A DNA stretch of 63,973 nt, counting the filler, from Rhabdomonas costata (Eukaryota), in the NCBI GenBank assembly GCA_019059605.1. It is 30 parts of 30 records of this genome, joined end to end, with 100 filler letters (N's around TTAATTAATTAA, not from the genome) between each part and the next. Parts side by side here need not be neighbours in the genome. Positions count along the whole stretch, not along the records: positions 36,336 to 38,369 come from JAHMHO010006225.1; positions 38,470 to 40,503 come from JAHMHO010006226.1; positions 40,604 to 42,637 come from JAHMHO010006227.1; positions 42,738 to 44,771 come from JAHMHO010006228.1; positions 44,872 to 46,904 come from JAHMHO010006229.1; positions 47,005 to 49,037 come from JAHMHO010006230.1; positions 49,138 to 51,170 come from JAHMHO010006231.1; 23 more parts are not named here. One strand, written 5' to 3'. The notes under the pieces were generated by a model that was given only the letters and a program-made list of their open reading frames with translations, had not been told where the DNA came from and ran no database searches. Below, in pieces: positions 38,059-51,270 of this stretch; positions within the stretch are counted from its first letter, which is position 1; the number at the start of each line of letters is the position of its first letter. Both the position numbers and the translations under genes were made by a program.

Positions 38059-41000
38059 CTTGAAGGAGATGAGCGGGAGAAATCCTCCAAGGAAAACTCC
38101 GCAACGAAGGAATATACCGAAGCAGGAAAAGGGACATGCAAGAAAAGCGCGCCTGGGGCATCAGCAGGCATTGAATAGAAACAAATATAAATAGAGACAC
38201 TAAATAGAGACAAATATTCGGTGCATTAAACCGGGGGAGCAACCCAAGACAACCTGCTACTTCAGTTATACGTACCCGCGGTGTCCCCCGTACCTTTGGA
38301 ACCTGTGCAGCTTCGATGAAACCCCCTCGAAGAGTCCTGGCGCCTCAAGAGAAGGCGGCAGAACAACACNNNNNNNNNNNNNNNNNNNNNNNNNNNNNNN
38401 NNNNNNNNNNNNNTTAATTAATTAANNNNNNNNNNNNNNNNNNNNNNNNNNNNNNNNNNNNNNNNNNNNGTGTTTGTTTAAGCTTCAAGACAAAAATCTG
38501 GAATTTCCGAATTACAAAGAAATGCGGCTAATTTTTTCCGTAATAGATGAAAGATTTTTTGCAGCGTTTTGGACCAAGTTTCAAATTTTGCGTGCGACTG
38601 GAGATTTTGCTCTGTTTGCAAATGGAATCATTGCAACGAATTAGACTTTTAGCAATTGGTACATTTTACGAGTACGCTGAGAAAAAGATTTTTACTTCGA
38701 CGTAGGACTACAGTTGCATGGAGTCTGTAGAACTCAAAAATTATAAGCGGTTATTTTTGCAGTTAACACGAGCATTTCATCACATGTCAAAATAGTTTGG
38801 CAAGTACTCGGGTCAAAAAACGCTCAGTTGCAGTATCTGTTTGTAGTGGTGTTGAATGTGGATATACAAGCCAAGGTAATGGCGAACGAGCCACAGGAAT
38901 TCGACGAGGCACTGTGGAAGACCTGGGATTACTCTATTAGACGAGACAATCACCACAAATCATTGGCAAAGTTCCATCGTCGTTGTTGCAGTGGTAACAG
39001 AGTTGGCAGGTTTTTGTATTTTCTGATTTTTGTTAGCAGTACGCAAAGTAAGTCTCAGTTGGCGCACTGTTGATTGCAATCTTTTCGAACACAAAAGATC
39101 TTGCCACTATGCTCCATGATTGCAAGAAAATCGTACTAAAAACTTGCGCGATATTCTTGCTGTCTTGGACTGAACACTTCTGATAATACGGAGAATCTTT
39201 GACGAATGTCACAATACCTCATCAACTCATTTAAAAACAATGAAAAAACACTGCATATTGTTTACTCACAATGCTTCTCTGCGGTACACTGTAAATGACC
39301 ACATCTTTCAAAAATAACTCTCATCTAGATCAACTTGTGAGATGAAACTAGAACAAACGTACTACTTTCTCCGTCAGTGACAGTCAGAATCTTGGACTTT
39401 GTAAGAATCATAATCACCTTGAACATACACAATACATGCCCTTCCCTCACCGATGTGTACACAGGTCAGACGAAAAATTTCCGTTTCACAGTAACCTAGA
39501 TCAGGTAATTGTTTCAACTGGAAAAATGAGTGCCTGATTTAAATTGTTTTTGACAAACCCCACGTACCAGTTGACGATTACTGTGAATTTGAGAACTGTT
39601 GCAAAGTATTGAAGTCCACTACGGATTTGTTATTCATCAGAACTCCGCAATGTTCTGCTTTCGCATAATTGTTATACTTTGCCATCCCCATCTCCAAATA
39701 TGCACAGAAATATTTCAAAAGTTTCACACTAAACAAGCGGCTTCATTCTTCATATTGATCTCGTAAGTCTTCATGTTCAAGTTCGATTCGTGTTGGTCTA
39801 CTTGTAAGTTCTTTTCTCCACCAAAGTTTCCTCGGAGAACGCTCTTGAGATAGTCATGGTACAAAGTCGAACTCTTCACACAACTGGGCACCTTTTTTTT
39901 CGCCGCTTCTAGTTTCCTACTGCCTGCGGCACTCCAAATCGTCAAAAACGGCTTCTCTGCTAGACTTCTCTGTTGGTTTTTGTTCGCTTGCCTTCCTCCG
40001 TCAGAATAGCCTGAAATCTTCTGAAAACTCAGCTTTATCTTTTGGCAGCCATTCCCTTTGCATCCTGGTGTCTCTTTTGCTCGGCTTTTTGCCCAAAATG
40101 CGCCTTTTTGACTGCTGGTGATGCTGCTGCTGGCTCGTTTGCCTCTATTTTGCTCTCTGCTTTTTGTCCCTTCTTGTCCCTGTTTCCATTTCTCTCCGCT
40201 AAGGCCCCCCTTGTACCAGTAAATCGTTCCAAAACCGTAAATGTCTTGTTTCACCCAACCCATCCCATAAAAAAGTATACTTTTCATGTTTAATCCGTCC
40301 CAAGGGCGCCAAATGGGGGACAAGATTCTGGCGGCAAGATGCGAGAGCGGTAAGAATGCCCAGGGGGTCGTTTCCAATCCAACGCAGCAGAATTGGCAGT
40401 GCACCGAAAATAATTGCTCAGACTACGAGGGATTTCACCCTCTCACCCCTCCACCTGCTCTTGCCCAGTTTTTGGCAACACATTTTGCGCGCACACCCCA
40501 ACCNNNNNNNNNNNNNNNNNNNNNNNNNNNNNNNNNNNNNNNNNNNNTTAATTAATTAANNNNNNNNNNNNNNNNNNNNNNNNNNNNNNNNNNNNNNNNN
40601 NNNGTGTTGGGTGTGTGTGGTTGGGTTGTGGTTTTCAAAAAGGGTCATATCGAAACTGGTGACGTACACATTTCTGATGGTGTGAGAGGGCAAACGAAAC
40701 AAATTCGGTTGACGAGGTTTGTGGATGCGTCACAAGTTCGCAGAATGAACTCACAAACACGCTAGTAAGCTTCAACAAAAAAAGCAGAGCACGATGTGCT
40801 GGGTGCCAAACGTTTTCTTTGCCCCACTAATGATGAAGATAACCATATCCCCAAAACAAAACCGGGGAGATACCCACTTTACCGACTCTTAGTTCTAAGG
40901 TGGCACCGGCAAACATGTGTGAAATCATGCATACCTCTATATCTTAGGCCCTTATCAAAAGTGAGAAGCGAAAAACTAAGGCTAATGCAGATCGGTAAAA

Positions 41001-41282
41001 TTAAAATCGTTAATCGTTAAAATAAACCTCGGCATGCTCCAGAAAAGAAAACCTGATTTTAGGTAGTTCCAATGCATAACAAGAGACTATGCTGACATGG
41101 TTAACAAAAGACGCCTTTTTAACAATCCCAAAAACCCCCCTGTGAGTCCAAAACTATCGCTTTTTGGTATCACACTTCTCACTTTGAAGTGGCAGGGGCA
41201 ATATCACATTGCGTGCAAAACGACCACTCGGTGAGCTGCACTCATGGCACCCATCCACACCCATCCACGTCCCCTTACATAC

Positions 41283-42233
41283 CGTTGTATTGGTATTGGA
41301 TCAGGCAGGTGAAGGTCTCCAGCAGGAGCTTCACCAAGGCAATGTTGCGCGGACCCAGCCCAGGCTTAGCCAGGGCCCGCGGGCTGGACAGGACCTCAAA
41401 CAGGCTTACCAGCTTCGTGCACGACAGCAGGCTGGCCACAACAAAAACAGCAATCAAAGAAAACAATGCAGGCATCTATTTATTCCGCTCTCACACTCCG
41501 TGCACAAGGCATGGGCGGAGGTCCTTTATGCCTCGATTGGGTTTTCGAATGCTCTCTCACCACTTTGGAAGCTTCCCGGGGTGAGGATCGCCGCTCTGCT
41601 ACTGGGTGGAAGGTGTTGGGAAACCTCCCCCGCAGTTCACGGAAGCTCTAACCCTCTGCGCTCTCCCGGTCTTCGCATTTCGCTAGGTGGCCTTTCTTCT
41701 GCCTCTTCTTCTGCCGTGGGATCCTCAGGTCTTCTTCTTCTCGCCCTATCATGGCGCTTTCCCTGGCCCTCGTCGCAAGAGCACGGGACTTCGGCACAAA
41801 TTGGATCCTTATCTGCTGCTCCCTGCGGTCTTTGTGCGCACGCACACACACACACACACAGGCACACACACAGGCACACACACACTTGGTGCCTTTGCCC
41901 AAGGTGAAATTTCCTGGTGAGGACTCCAGGTCCATTTCCCCCGTAATCGAAATGTTTTGGGACCCCCCCCCCAATGATTCAGTATCATCCATATCAGATG
42001 TCAATGTCAAGGGGCAGCCAAATTGGGTGCAGGGTATAAGGAGATAGACCGATGAGGAGGCAGGGGTGGGCGATGGATCCAAAAGAATGGTGGATCGTCA
42101 TGCCTGAGGGACTTGCAATACGGTGCGGCGTTGCAGATTGTCGTGAGCCAGGACTCGTACAGCGGCCGCAGCCAGGGCTTGTTGGCCACCATGCACTGGT
42201 GCAGCGCGATGACAAGCAGATCCATGTGGTTCC
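41283..42233 (-). CDS. HID1: HID1 (Dymeclin/HID1 family) internal exons 42233-42104 and 41431-41283
   Basis: HMDLLVIALH...LRPLYESWLTTICNAAPYCKSLS...KL...LLETF..LIQYQYNG parallels HID1 DLLIVVFH...LLTIVVNVSPYLKSLS...LLEVFNNIIQYQFDG. Confidence 0.88.
41838..41942 (-). repeat. Dispersed repeat family, copy C with (TG)n tail, inside the HID1 intron
   Basis: Reverse complement GGGGGAAATGGACCTGGAGTCCTCACCAG...GCACCAAG(TG)n aligns with 5959-6037. Confidence 0.75.
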
Positions 42234-43036
42234 CTGTCCGCATCCCCCGTTCCCCGGAAAAAAACATGTGCCCCGGAAAAAGCCTTAAATGGTTTCTGGT
42301 GAGCTTCATTTCAACAGGAGCTTTTAACCACCGGCGGTTGACGGTTGGTGTTTTATCTATTGATGATCAGATGTTGGCGGTTGGCGGTTGGCGTTTAGGG
42401 GCTGCGGCTTGAAAGAAAATCTCCAACACCACATGATAGAGACCGCTTGATAAGCAGCAAGGAAGGGAAACAAGGAGAAGCAGGAGTTAATATGGAGAAA
42501 GCACTCCCTCGGAATATACCGCCCTTATTTTTTATTATCTTTTGCCAAACCGTAAGCTGTAGGGCTGGGCCCACCTGTGATTGGCGGCAGCTCCGCCGTG
42601 GGGAGCGTATCCATGAAGGGCCGGTTCACCCCCAACANNNNNNNNNNNNNNNNNNNNNNNNNNNNNNNNNNNNNNNNNNNNTTAATTAATTAANNNNNNN
42701 NNNNNNNNNNNNNNNNNNNNNNNNNNNNNNNNNNNNNGGGTGGTTTGTATACTTCTGAGGGTTGAGCCAAATGAGTAGTGAAGAAGTTAAGAAAGAAATG
42801 GACCCGTGCCGATGATGGCCCGTGTAAGGCCTCAAAAAGGCCTCTGTTGCAACTGCTGACTGAAGCATTCGGGCGCATTCCGCTGACATTGTAAAGTACT
42901 CTTAGGTTCAACCCTCAGAAGTATACAAAGCAGCCCCAGAGGGGAGCTTAAGCTCGGAATGCAGGCCTGTATAGCCTCTAAAAGGGCCCTCTCTTCTCTC
43001 CTTCCATCCTTCCAACGACCCATCGGAGAGGCACAC

Positions 43037-44240
43037 TTCTAGCTCGGCGGCCAGCTGGGCTTCGAACAGCCTCTCTCGGACCGCCACCTCCTCGCGCACC
43101 TTCTCCGCCTGCTGCCGCACCATCGCCTCGAAGGCCTCGGGGTCCAAGGCAAGGGTGGGTCGCCCTATAGGGGGCTTTCCACAGCCCTCGCGGGGCAGAG
43201 CAGGGGGACGCCGAGGCCGAAGGACGTTTCCCCGGCACTGCAGGACGGGCCGGGCGTTCACAGCGGATGGCAGAGCCCCAGGGCATGGCTTTCCCTGAAG
43301 ACCTGCAAGGACGGCAGTGGTGGTTTAGAAGGGCGCGACCACATCCTAATGTGCTCCAAGATGACAACCAGGCAAGCAAGACACGAGAGAACGAGAGGGT
43401 ACCTCGTTGGCGTCTGCAGATGGCGTCTGCAGACACATGCGCACACTGGGGAACCTCTTCCATTCAATCACTCCTGCCTCTCGCTAGTTATTCGCACTAT
43501 CCTTCAACTTGTCCCGTGGGCAAATGTAGGTCATTATGAGAATACATACCCCGTTGTGACCCTGAGTACCCCTCCTTTGTGCAATCGAGACACTAGTTCG
43601 AGTGCTTACCCTGGCACTGCTTTTTTTAGTGCCCTTCCAGAAGCGGAAACAAAGATGCACACCACTGCGGGGTTTTGCCCCGAGTGGCTCGGAGAAAAGA
43701 CTGCCGGAAGTGCCCTCCCGCCTCAGTTGCGCCCGAAGCCTGTCCAGGGCAAATGTCGAGGCCTCGTCAGAGAACTTCTCCACGGGCTCGCCCGCACTGG
43801 CCTCCAGAGACGACGTGCGGTCCAGGGCTTCCGCAAGGAATCCACGCGCTAAAAACAGCAAAGGCTAATTCCACCGAAAGAATAAACCCGCTGGTATCAA
43901 ACCTAACTGATTCTTCAAACCGGAGATGCGGGAGTGGGAGCATCCACTTCAATGATGTTTCAGACAAAATTTTAAGGCGTCGAAGGATGTGATGCATTTA
44001 GAGTTTCGAATTCTTGGAATACTTCAGGTTTACGGAAACGCTGACATCCTAAGGTACACTAAAACCTTTTCCGTATTTATCAGGACAGATGCTAATACCT
44101 TCATTGACATCCTGAGCGTCCGCGCATGGCGGGGCTGACCCTTCACACACAGCCTCCAAGGGAGACGCCCCCAGCAAGGCCGTCCGTGCAGCAGAGGGCT
44201 GCAACGGGCCCGATGGAGGGGCGGCCTTCCGGAAACTCCA
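43037..44240 (-). CDS. Unknown protein with a coiled-coil segment, three exons (5' boundary approximate)
   Basis: Phase-1 GT-AG joins keep the frame through to EAFEAMVRQQAEKVREEVAVRERLFEAQLAAELE. Confidence 0.5.
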
Positions 44241-44985
44241 CAGCCCAGACATTCCAGGTTCCAAACGAAAAAAGAAAGAAACGCACGCACAACACGTTGC
44301 AACTACTGCTGACGCAAAAATGCGCAGTATCATAGCCACAGCAGGGGCAATTAGAAGGGACCCACCTTGAAAGTATTTCTTTACTACCCCCTTGACGACA
44401 TCCATCCTGTTGATGGACAGGTCACAGCACACTGACTGAACTCCTCAAAACAAGCACACCATAGGAGCTGACGGCGTCAGATGCAATTAAATCGCCATCA
44501 CCCAAAGACTTCCTTCTCCCTGACAACTGTGTTGCACAAAGTTTCTATCAAAACATCTCGGGGCATGACTTTTGCGAGACTCTGACATGTCTCTTGATCT
44601 GATGGAGTTTATGACATTCTCTCACAAAACGAACGGGTCGGGGTCTCGCCCCTAGCACCGCGGAAACACGGAAAGCTCACCTAGAAATGTAACCACACAT
44701 GAGGCAGCTGCTTGGAATCAAACAGTGCTGCCGCAAGTTCGACCAAGAGTCCCTCCATTCCCCAAAAAACANNNNNNNNNNNNNNNNNNNNNNNNNNNNN
44801 NNNNNNNNNNNNNNNTTAATTAATTAANNNNNNNNNNNNNNNNNNNNNNNNNNNNNNNNNNNNNNNNNNNNCCGGCAGGTGATACGTGCAGAGCCTCCAC
44901 GGCCGATTTTTCTCACGTTTGGGAGAAAAGGCACAGCGTTGCGACCTGAGAGGCTGTGGGAGACGGTTGCTGGGGGTGGGTGCAG

Positions 44986-46632
44986 GCAGTGGTACTTCTA
45001 CTGCCCTACAACATCACCGTGCTGGCATTTGACTGCTCAGGCTCCGGTCACTCCGGAGGGGACTACATCTCTCTTGGCCACTATGAGCGTCAGGTCCACC
45101 AATCCTCCTAGACCTCTGCCCTTATCATTCTCCCTCTCCCATTCCTCTCCTTCTCCTTCACCTCCTCTCCCCTATTTTTCCGTCTACCTCAAGTGGGTGC
45201 AATGCCTTTGTTGATGTGATGGGAGAGGGTGGCTTCTTCTCTGTCCCTATTCGCTAGGCATGTAGCAATAGGAGCTGCTTGAGTTTTAATTCATTGTATG
45301 CAATTGTAATTGAAGGAGCCAAAGTATCAATCGGCATCACTCTGGTGACTGACTCGGTGCCACGCGGCGAAATGAGTGTCAAGGGTGCAGATGCAGAGAA
45401 CGGCTGAATGCGTCTCAGACCTCTGCCCGACCATCAATGTTTCAATGTTTCTTTCCTAGTTTTCATGTGCTCTCCTTTCTTTTTTTTGTTGACACGTATC
45501 TGTGCTTCAAAGTGAGTTAGTGATAGACAGATTTTTATCCAGGGTTATACTGATTTGGATGGAAACCTTGGAGAGCTGAATCGCAACTTTGTTTCTTTGA
45601 TCTCCTGGCGATGAGCTGTCTTGGACTCTTTGTCGGGGAGGTATGTCATCGCTATGTTCAAATTCAAGGCAGCTTAAGCGGCGCAGTGGGATGGGGAGGG
45701 GCATGCAAAAAGGATCTTGCCGCGGTGGTGGAGTACCTTCGAAAGCAGCCCACAGTGTCCCGCCTGGGGCTGTGGGGGCGCAGCATGGGCGCCGTCACGG
45801 CGATCATGTACTGCTGCCGGGACCAGACCGCCATCTCCGCGATTGTCGCGGATTCTCCGTTCAGCACTCTAGTGCAGGTCATGGGCACTGAGAGAGGGAG
45901 AAGTCGGCGTTTCTGCGTGTCTCTTTTAAGGAGTGCAGAAGCGAGGATGGCGTTGTTGTTAGAAGTGATAAAAACCGACGCACCTGTGAGAGGCATGTAT
46001 TCCCAGTTATTGACAGATTTTGCAATACATGGGGATTTATCATATTATATGAGGTTTAACGCATACCTTGAGTCCACCTTGATTCCAGTTGTTTGTTTGC
46101 AGTGGTCAGCACTCAAGCACGTAATCACGAACGCAAACACACACAATCGAGCAAGCAAACATGACTGGGGTTGCCGAAGATGCTGAAGTGCTGACTCCAA
46201 AGCATATCTTTCAAAATCCGAAGCTTCTCCTTGTCGGTCTGCGATCTGACGTCCAGCGACCCTTCACTGAGGTGCACCATGCAGGGCACACGGCTAATGC
46301 AAAGCGCTCTCCACACAGGATCGCTTCAACTCTCACCTGCCCGCGAATAGGTCATGGTGGACACCGTGCGGGCGAATCGCCCGTGGATCCCCGAGCTGGC
46401 CACCAGACTGGCGCTGCGGGCGATGCGGCGGTCCATCCTCAGCAAGGCGTGGTTTGACATCAACGAGCTGGACACGGTGAGCGCAGCGCGGCACTGCCCG
46501 GTGCCCATCATCTTCGCCCACGCCCGGGGCGATGACTTTGTGGGGAGGCAGCACGCCTGGCTGGTCCACGAGGCCTATGCCGGGCCAAAGCGGTTCCTCG
46601 AGTTCGAGGGCGACCATAACTCTGAAAGGCCT
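44986..46632 (+). CDS. Alpha/beta hydrolase; exons 44986-45093, 45713-45877, 46351 to about 46632
   Basis: FDCSGSGHSGGDYISLG, LWGRSMGA (Ser), DSPFS, GDDFV (Asp), EGDHNS (His). Confidence 0.9.
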
Positions 46633-47259
46633 GCTTGTGGTGCACTGTGCTTGACTCTTTTCTCAACATGGGCGTATGGGCGACACCAGGGCAGCTTAGA
46701 GAGTGTGGACAATGGGTTTGTTTCCCCTGGTGCTTTTGTTGGGTGGTGTTTTGCGATGTTGTATGTGGCCTTTTGGTGGTACGATTTGTACCGAGCAGCA
46801 GAGGTACTCAAGGACTCACCTCATGGTGTACTCAAGTACTCACTTCTGCTTGTTTTCTAATTATTGCTGCCACTGTCAAAGGCTCAATACAAAAACAACA
46901 AAACNNNNNNNNNNNNNNNNNNNNNNNNNNNNNNNNNNNNNNNNNNNNTTAATTAATTAANNNNNNNNNNNNNNNNNNNNNNNNNNNNNNNNNNNNNNNN
47001 NNNNCCACGAATGCATTCATTGGAAATTGCCCTCCCACTGAGGGCTGCCATTACACAACCAACAGTTGATGATTTTCCCAACAAAAACATGCAGCATGGA
47101 CAAATTTGATCGCCAGCCCCTTGGGGCCAACCAGTCGATCAGCGGGCTTTCTTAATCTCAACGACAGCTGCCCAAGCCACCGCAAACCCGGTGTGCAGCT
47201 CCCCAGAGAATCCGGCAGGCTTCTTAGTACAACGTGGCCGTCGACCGGTCGCCTACCAT

Positions 47260-48814
47260 TCATGGGCTCGAGAACGTTCGGTACATCGGTGTGTGGCCCT
47301 GCTTCACCGCAGTCGCCAAGCCCACGCCACACAGACGCTGGCTTGTGCTGCGCCCCGGCTCGGTTGCAGTGGTACCTCCGCATTCTCTTTCCAACAAAGG
47401 GACGGTCTCGGAGTGTGCATCGCCAGCAAGGCACCGGGCGTGGGCGCTGGCGTGGGGCCAGTCAATGAGGCCCAGGCAGCCCAGAAACGCGGCGGCGGTG
47501 CAGCCGTAGCCCACGGCGAGACCAACCCACAGCCCTCGCAGCCGAAGTCCGGTATACAAGCCAAGGTAGCTAGCCAAAGGGAGCCCCACAACGTAGCTGC
47601 CTACCATAGACGCAGAGGAGAGATGGGCATCCGCAGAATCGTACCCAAAATCCAAACAGGATTATGGGGTGCGTCTACATTGTGCTTAGCGGAGCTATGA
47701 TTGACGACCCAAGCCAGCAACCTCGAAGAATAATTCGAAAACCAAAGGAAGGGCCTCACATCTCGCATAGTGGGGAGGGGGAGTGATGAATGTAAACCAA
47801 CTCGAACCATCGGATAATATAGGCTTGGTGCAAACAGGATTCATTAGATTTCCTCCTCAAAACCCTTTCACTTTTTGTGGCGCCCAAAACAATCCGAAGC
47901 AAAGGGTGTGTTGAGTTATGCGGGAAAAAAGGGAGGGGGAGAGCGCCGTGGGACGCGGAGGACGAGGGACCTAGTAGCATCACGGCAGGACCCCAGGCTT
48001 GCTTCCCTGCACCCCGGACCACCCCCTGGCACACCCACTGCACCGCGTCCAGGGGAAGGAAGACACAGAACAGGCCAACCGCGGAGATAAAGTTCCTGCA
48101 TATTGCAGAGCGGTGTTGTTGGGCTTCCCATATGGTATGTGCCTCTCCCAAGCGTTGGCAAAGCAGAAGATAAGAAGATAAGGTTTCCACCCTGGGAAAC
48201 CGATTTCAAGTCGTGCAGAATGAAGGGTGGTAGCGTAGCCTGCCCCCACCACAAAGGCGTATCTTCCGCCTCATATCCACACTTTCTTGGCTGCCTTTTT
48301 TCTAATCTGTTCCGAGTCGAGGAGTTGGGTTGAGGTATCGGTTGAGCACGCCCTGCTTCCGCAGCTCGAAGTTAACTTTTGCATCGGTGAGGGATTCACC
48401 TTGTTAAAACACCCAGCCTGTGAAAACATTGATTGCGTTTCAAACGCAAAAACAATAATAGTATTGGGACTCTTCCCGTTTTGGGGTTGGGAGGGAAGCG
48501 TTCATGCCATACTGGAAGACTGGAGCCATTACGCGTCGTCTTTTATGTCACAGCACTGCTTTTCATGCTAAAACCCCTCGCATTAGGATGCGCGACACAA
48601 GAGAGGACCGAATGAATATTTCCTCCCGGCCCGCCCTGTGCCGTTCAAAATCCCGTTGGCCTTCTCCAGTTGTGCTCGAGCTACCACTAATCACCAATGA
48701 GCCCCAGCGCATACAATACCGGTGTACGGCAGGGTCTGAAGTGAACAGCCCCGCCAAGGGGTCTCTCAACAGAAACACAGCGGTCCCCAGCAGCCCGGAA
48801 ACAGAGGCGCCTGC
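47260..48814 (-). CDS. MATE family efflux transporter, 3' exons 48814-48720, 48095-47971, 47600-47260
   Basis: LFTSDPAV, LDAVQWVCQGVVRGAGKQ, SYVVGLPL, GLRLRGLWVGL, IDW. Confidence 0.9.
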
Positions 48815-49143
48815 CTAAAAAAATATACGGCAGGCGTATGAAGGGCACCCCCAAGAAAAGTAAACGCCTAACAGTCGATGCTCCGATTCCGATGCAGAGC
48901 CGATTGTCCTCCGGAAAGGGCCCCCGGACAGCCTCCGCAGGAAGGCACCACCCACACAATGGATTCATCCCTGCGTCCAAAGGTTACTTCTGAACGCACC
49001 GGTGTAAAAAAAATACTGTTGTAGTGTACCCAAAACCNNNNNNNNNNNNNNNNNNNNNNNNNNNNNNNNNNNNNNNNNNNNTTAATTAATTAANNNNNNN
49101 NNNNNNNNNNNNNNNNNNNNNNNNNNNNNNNNNNNNNTTGCAG

Positions 49144-51125
49144 GATGGCGTGCCGGAGACAATCGCGGCTCTTCGCGAGGCCGGGGTGGCGGTGTGGATG
49201 CTGACCGGGGACAAGGCGGAGACTGCGCAGCAGATCGCGGTGGCTTCCAACCTGCTGCTTCCTGCGGAGAAGATGATCCGGGTCGACGGTTTGGCCTGCG
49301 CGTGAGAAAGAGTGTTTTTCGTTGCTCGATGAATGCCGGAAAGTATCCACTGCCTTACTCATGGTATACCACCTCAGCAGACACGATTTCGATACAAAGA
49401 AGGCTTGAAAAAGGAAATGCGCCCAGCATGGCTCATTCCACATAGTGAATGAGTGAGTGTGTCACTCTGTGTGTTGGGTGAACCAGTAGGTACACTCCCT
49501 GTGGATGGGGAAAGCGGAATTGCAATGGGAAACTATCCCGCTCACTAACCTTTCAGAATACTCTCGGTAGTTCTGGTGATTGGCCTGGGTTCTGGGTTGA
49601 CCTATGTTCCGCGCTTGGTTTTATTTTTTTGTGAACCCGTTTGAATACTTTGAGGACTCTGTCTGGACATCATTGTGTCCGGATTGATGTTTTGACAAAA
49701 CACCTTTGCCTTTCCTTTGGTTTCGCTGTTGTGGAATGCAAGGGTCCCCTTCACAAGGCATCCGTTCAGTTCACCCGCAACTCATCCACAAAAAAGGCTC
49801 TACTGTGGCGGAAGTCACCTCCAGTCTGGGCCGTGCTCAGCATAGCCTGGCTCAGCTGCGGCAGCGGCACCCCGACCACTTCCCGCCGGCACCGTGGAGG
49901 GGCTTCGAGGAGCTCATGGAGGAGCTCGAGCACCCACCGTCATGCCCACGGCGGTGCTGGCGCGGCGCGCGCTCCGCTCTCCTTGGGGCGGCCGCCGCCC
50001 AGCCCTCCCGCGCGACAAAGGTACGCTGCTGCACCTCCCTCAGCTCAGGCAGCCCTGGCAGCTCAGGGAGGATCTGAGCGAGGTTTGGTGGCGATCTCGT
50101 GGCTCGCTCTGAGGTCGACCTGCTAACTCCGTCGACTTTTCAGAGTTAGCCGCCCGAATATGTATCCACGCATATGCACACTCTACACAAGGTACTCTAA
50201 ACTTTACACAACCGATTCCTAATTGTCTCAAAATGGTTCCAACTCATAGGCATGATGGGTTGGAGAGGTTATTCGAATATCTTCTTCCTCAGTCGAGAAC
50301 GGCTGCCAGGTTTCTTTTACTCTTTTTTTTCTCGCAGTCCCGCGAGGCAGACACCAAGAAGCTCGTCCGGCACTCACAGTTTCGCGAGGGTGGAGATGAG
50401 GGCGTGGGGCTGGACATGTTTGCCGCGCCTGTAGGGGGACCGCCCGCGGTCGCGCTGGGCCAGGATTCCACGGCGGGGGTGGAGCTCGGCATTCCCTCCG
50501 AACCCGAGGTGCAATGCTGCGTGAAGGGAGAGGAGCGACGGCGTCCTCCCGTTCTCGTTGGGTTGTACTCCTGTTTCTATCTCTTTTTTTTTGTATTTGT
50601 AAAAATAACGTTCAAAATTACTGACCTCCAAAGTCTCTTCGACCTTTCATCTCTGCGTTTAATTGTCTGACCGCAAATGAGAACATGTACTTCGACGAAG
50701 GGGCTCTGCAGCTCGAACGTTTGAAAAGGCCCTCTAGGTGCAATCCTCTCAGCTGCGTCCGTTCAGTGTTGACCGGCTTTGCTCTTTTCTTTCTGGGCCG
50801 GCGCAGGATTCGGGGACGCGGGGATGCTGCCTGCTGGTGTCTGGGAAAGTGCTATCCATCGCGGCCACCTCGCAGCGCTGCTGGAAATTCCTCGCGTACG
50901 TTCTTTTTCAGGTGCTTCCACGCGTGGAATGAGTTCCTCGATTTTCTTGTGCGTGCTCCTTTTTTTCAGCAGCGAGATAAAAGACCTCGAACCCACCTGT
51001 ACTTTGGGGTACGGCTTCTCAGGTGCCCTGTGTGGTGTGCTGCCGTGTGACTCCTGGGCAGAAGGCGGAGGTGACCCAGCTGGTGAAGGAGGAGGGCCGC
51101 AAGACCCTAGCCATCGGCGATGGAG
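49144..51125 (+). CDS. P4-ATPase phospholipid flippase fragment; exons 49144-49288, 49797-50020, 50338-50508, 50807-50911, 51023-51125
   Basis: [38 protein letters not shown]; all GT-AG joins in frame. Confidence 0.92.
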
Positions 51126-51270
51126 GTCTTTCAAGCTCCCAGAAACCACCCGTTCCTTGCTCGGTGCTGGNNNNNNNNNNNNNNNNNNNNNNNNNNNNNN
51201 NNNNNNNNNNNNNNTTAATTAATTAANNNNNNNNNNNNNNNNNNNNNNNNNNNNNNNNNNNNNNNNNNNN

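Noticed and set aside
50906-51022. Euglenid non-conventional intron candidate (CAGGTG...CACCTG pairing) in the flippase
   Set aside because: A plain GT-AG intron 50912-51022 restores the frame more simply
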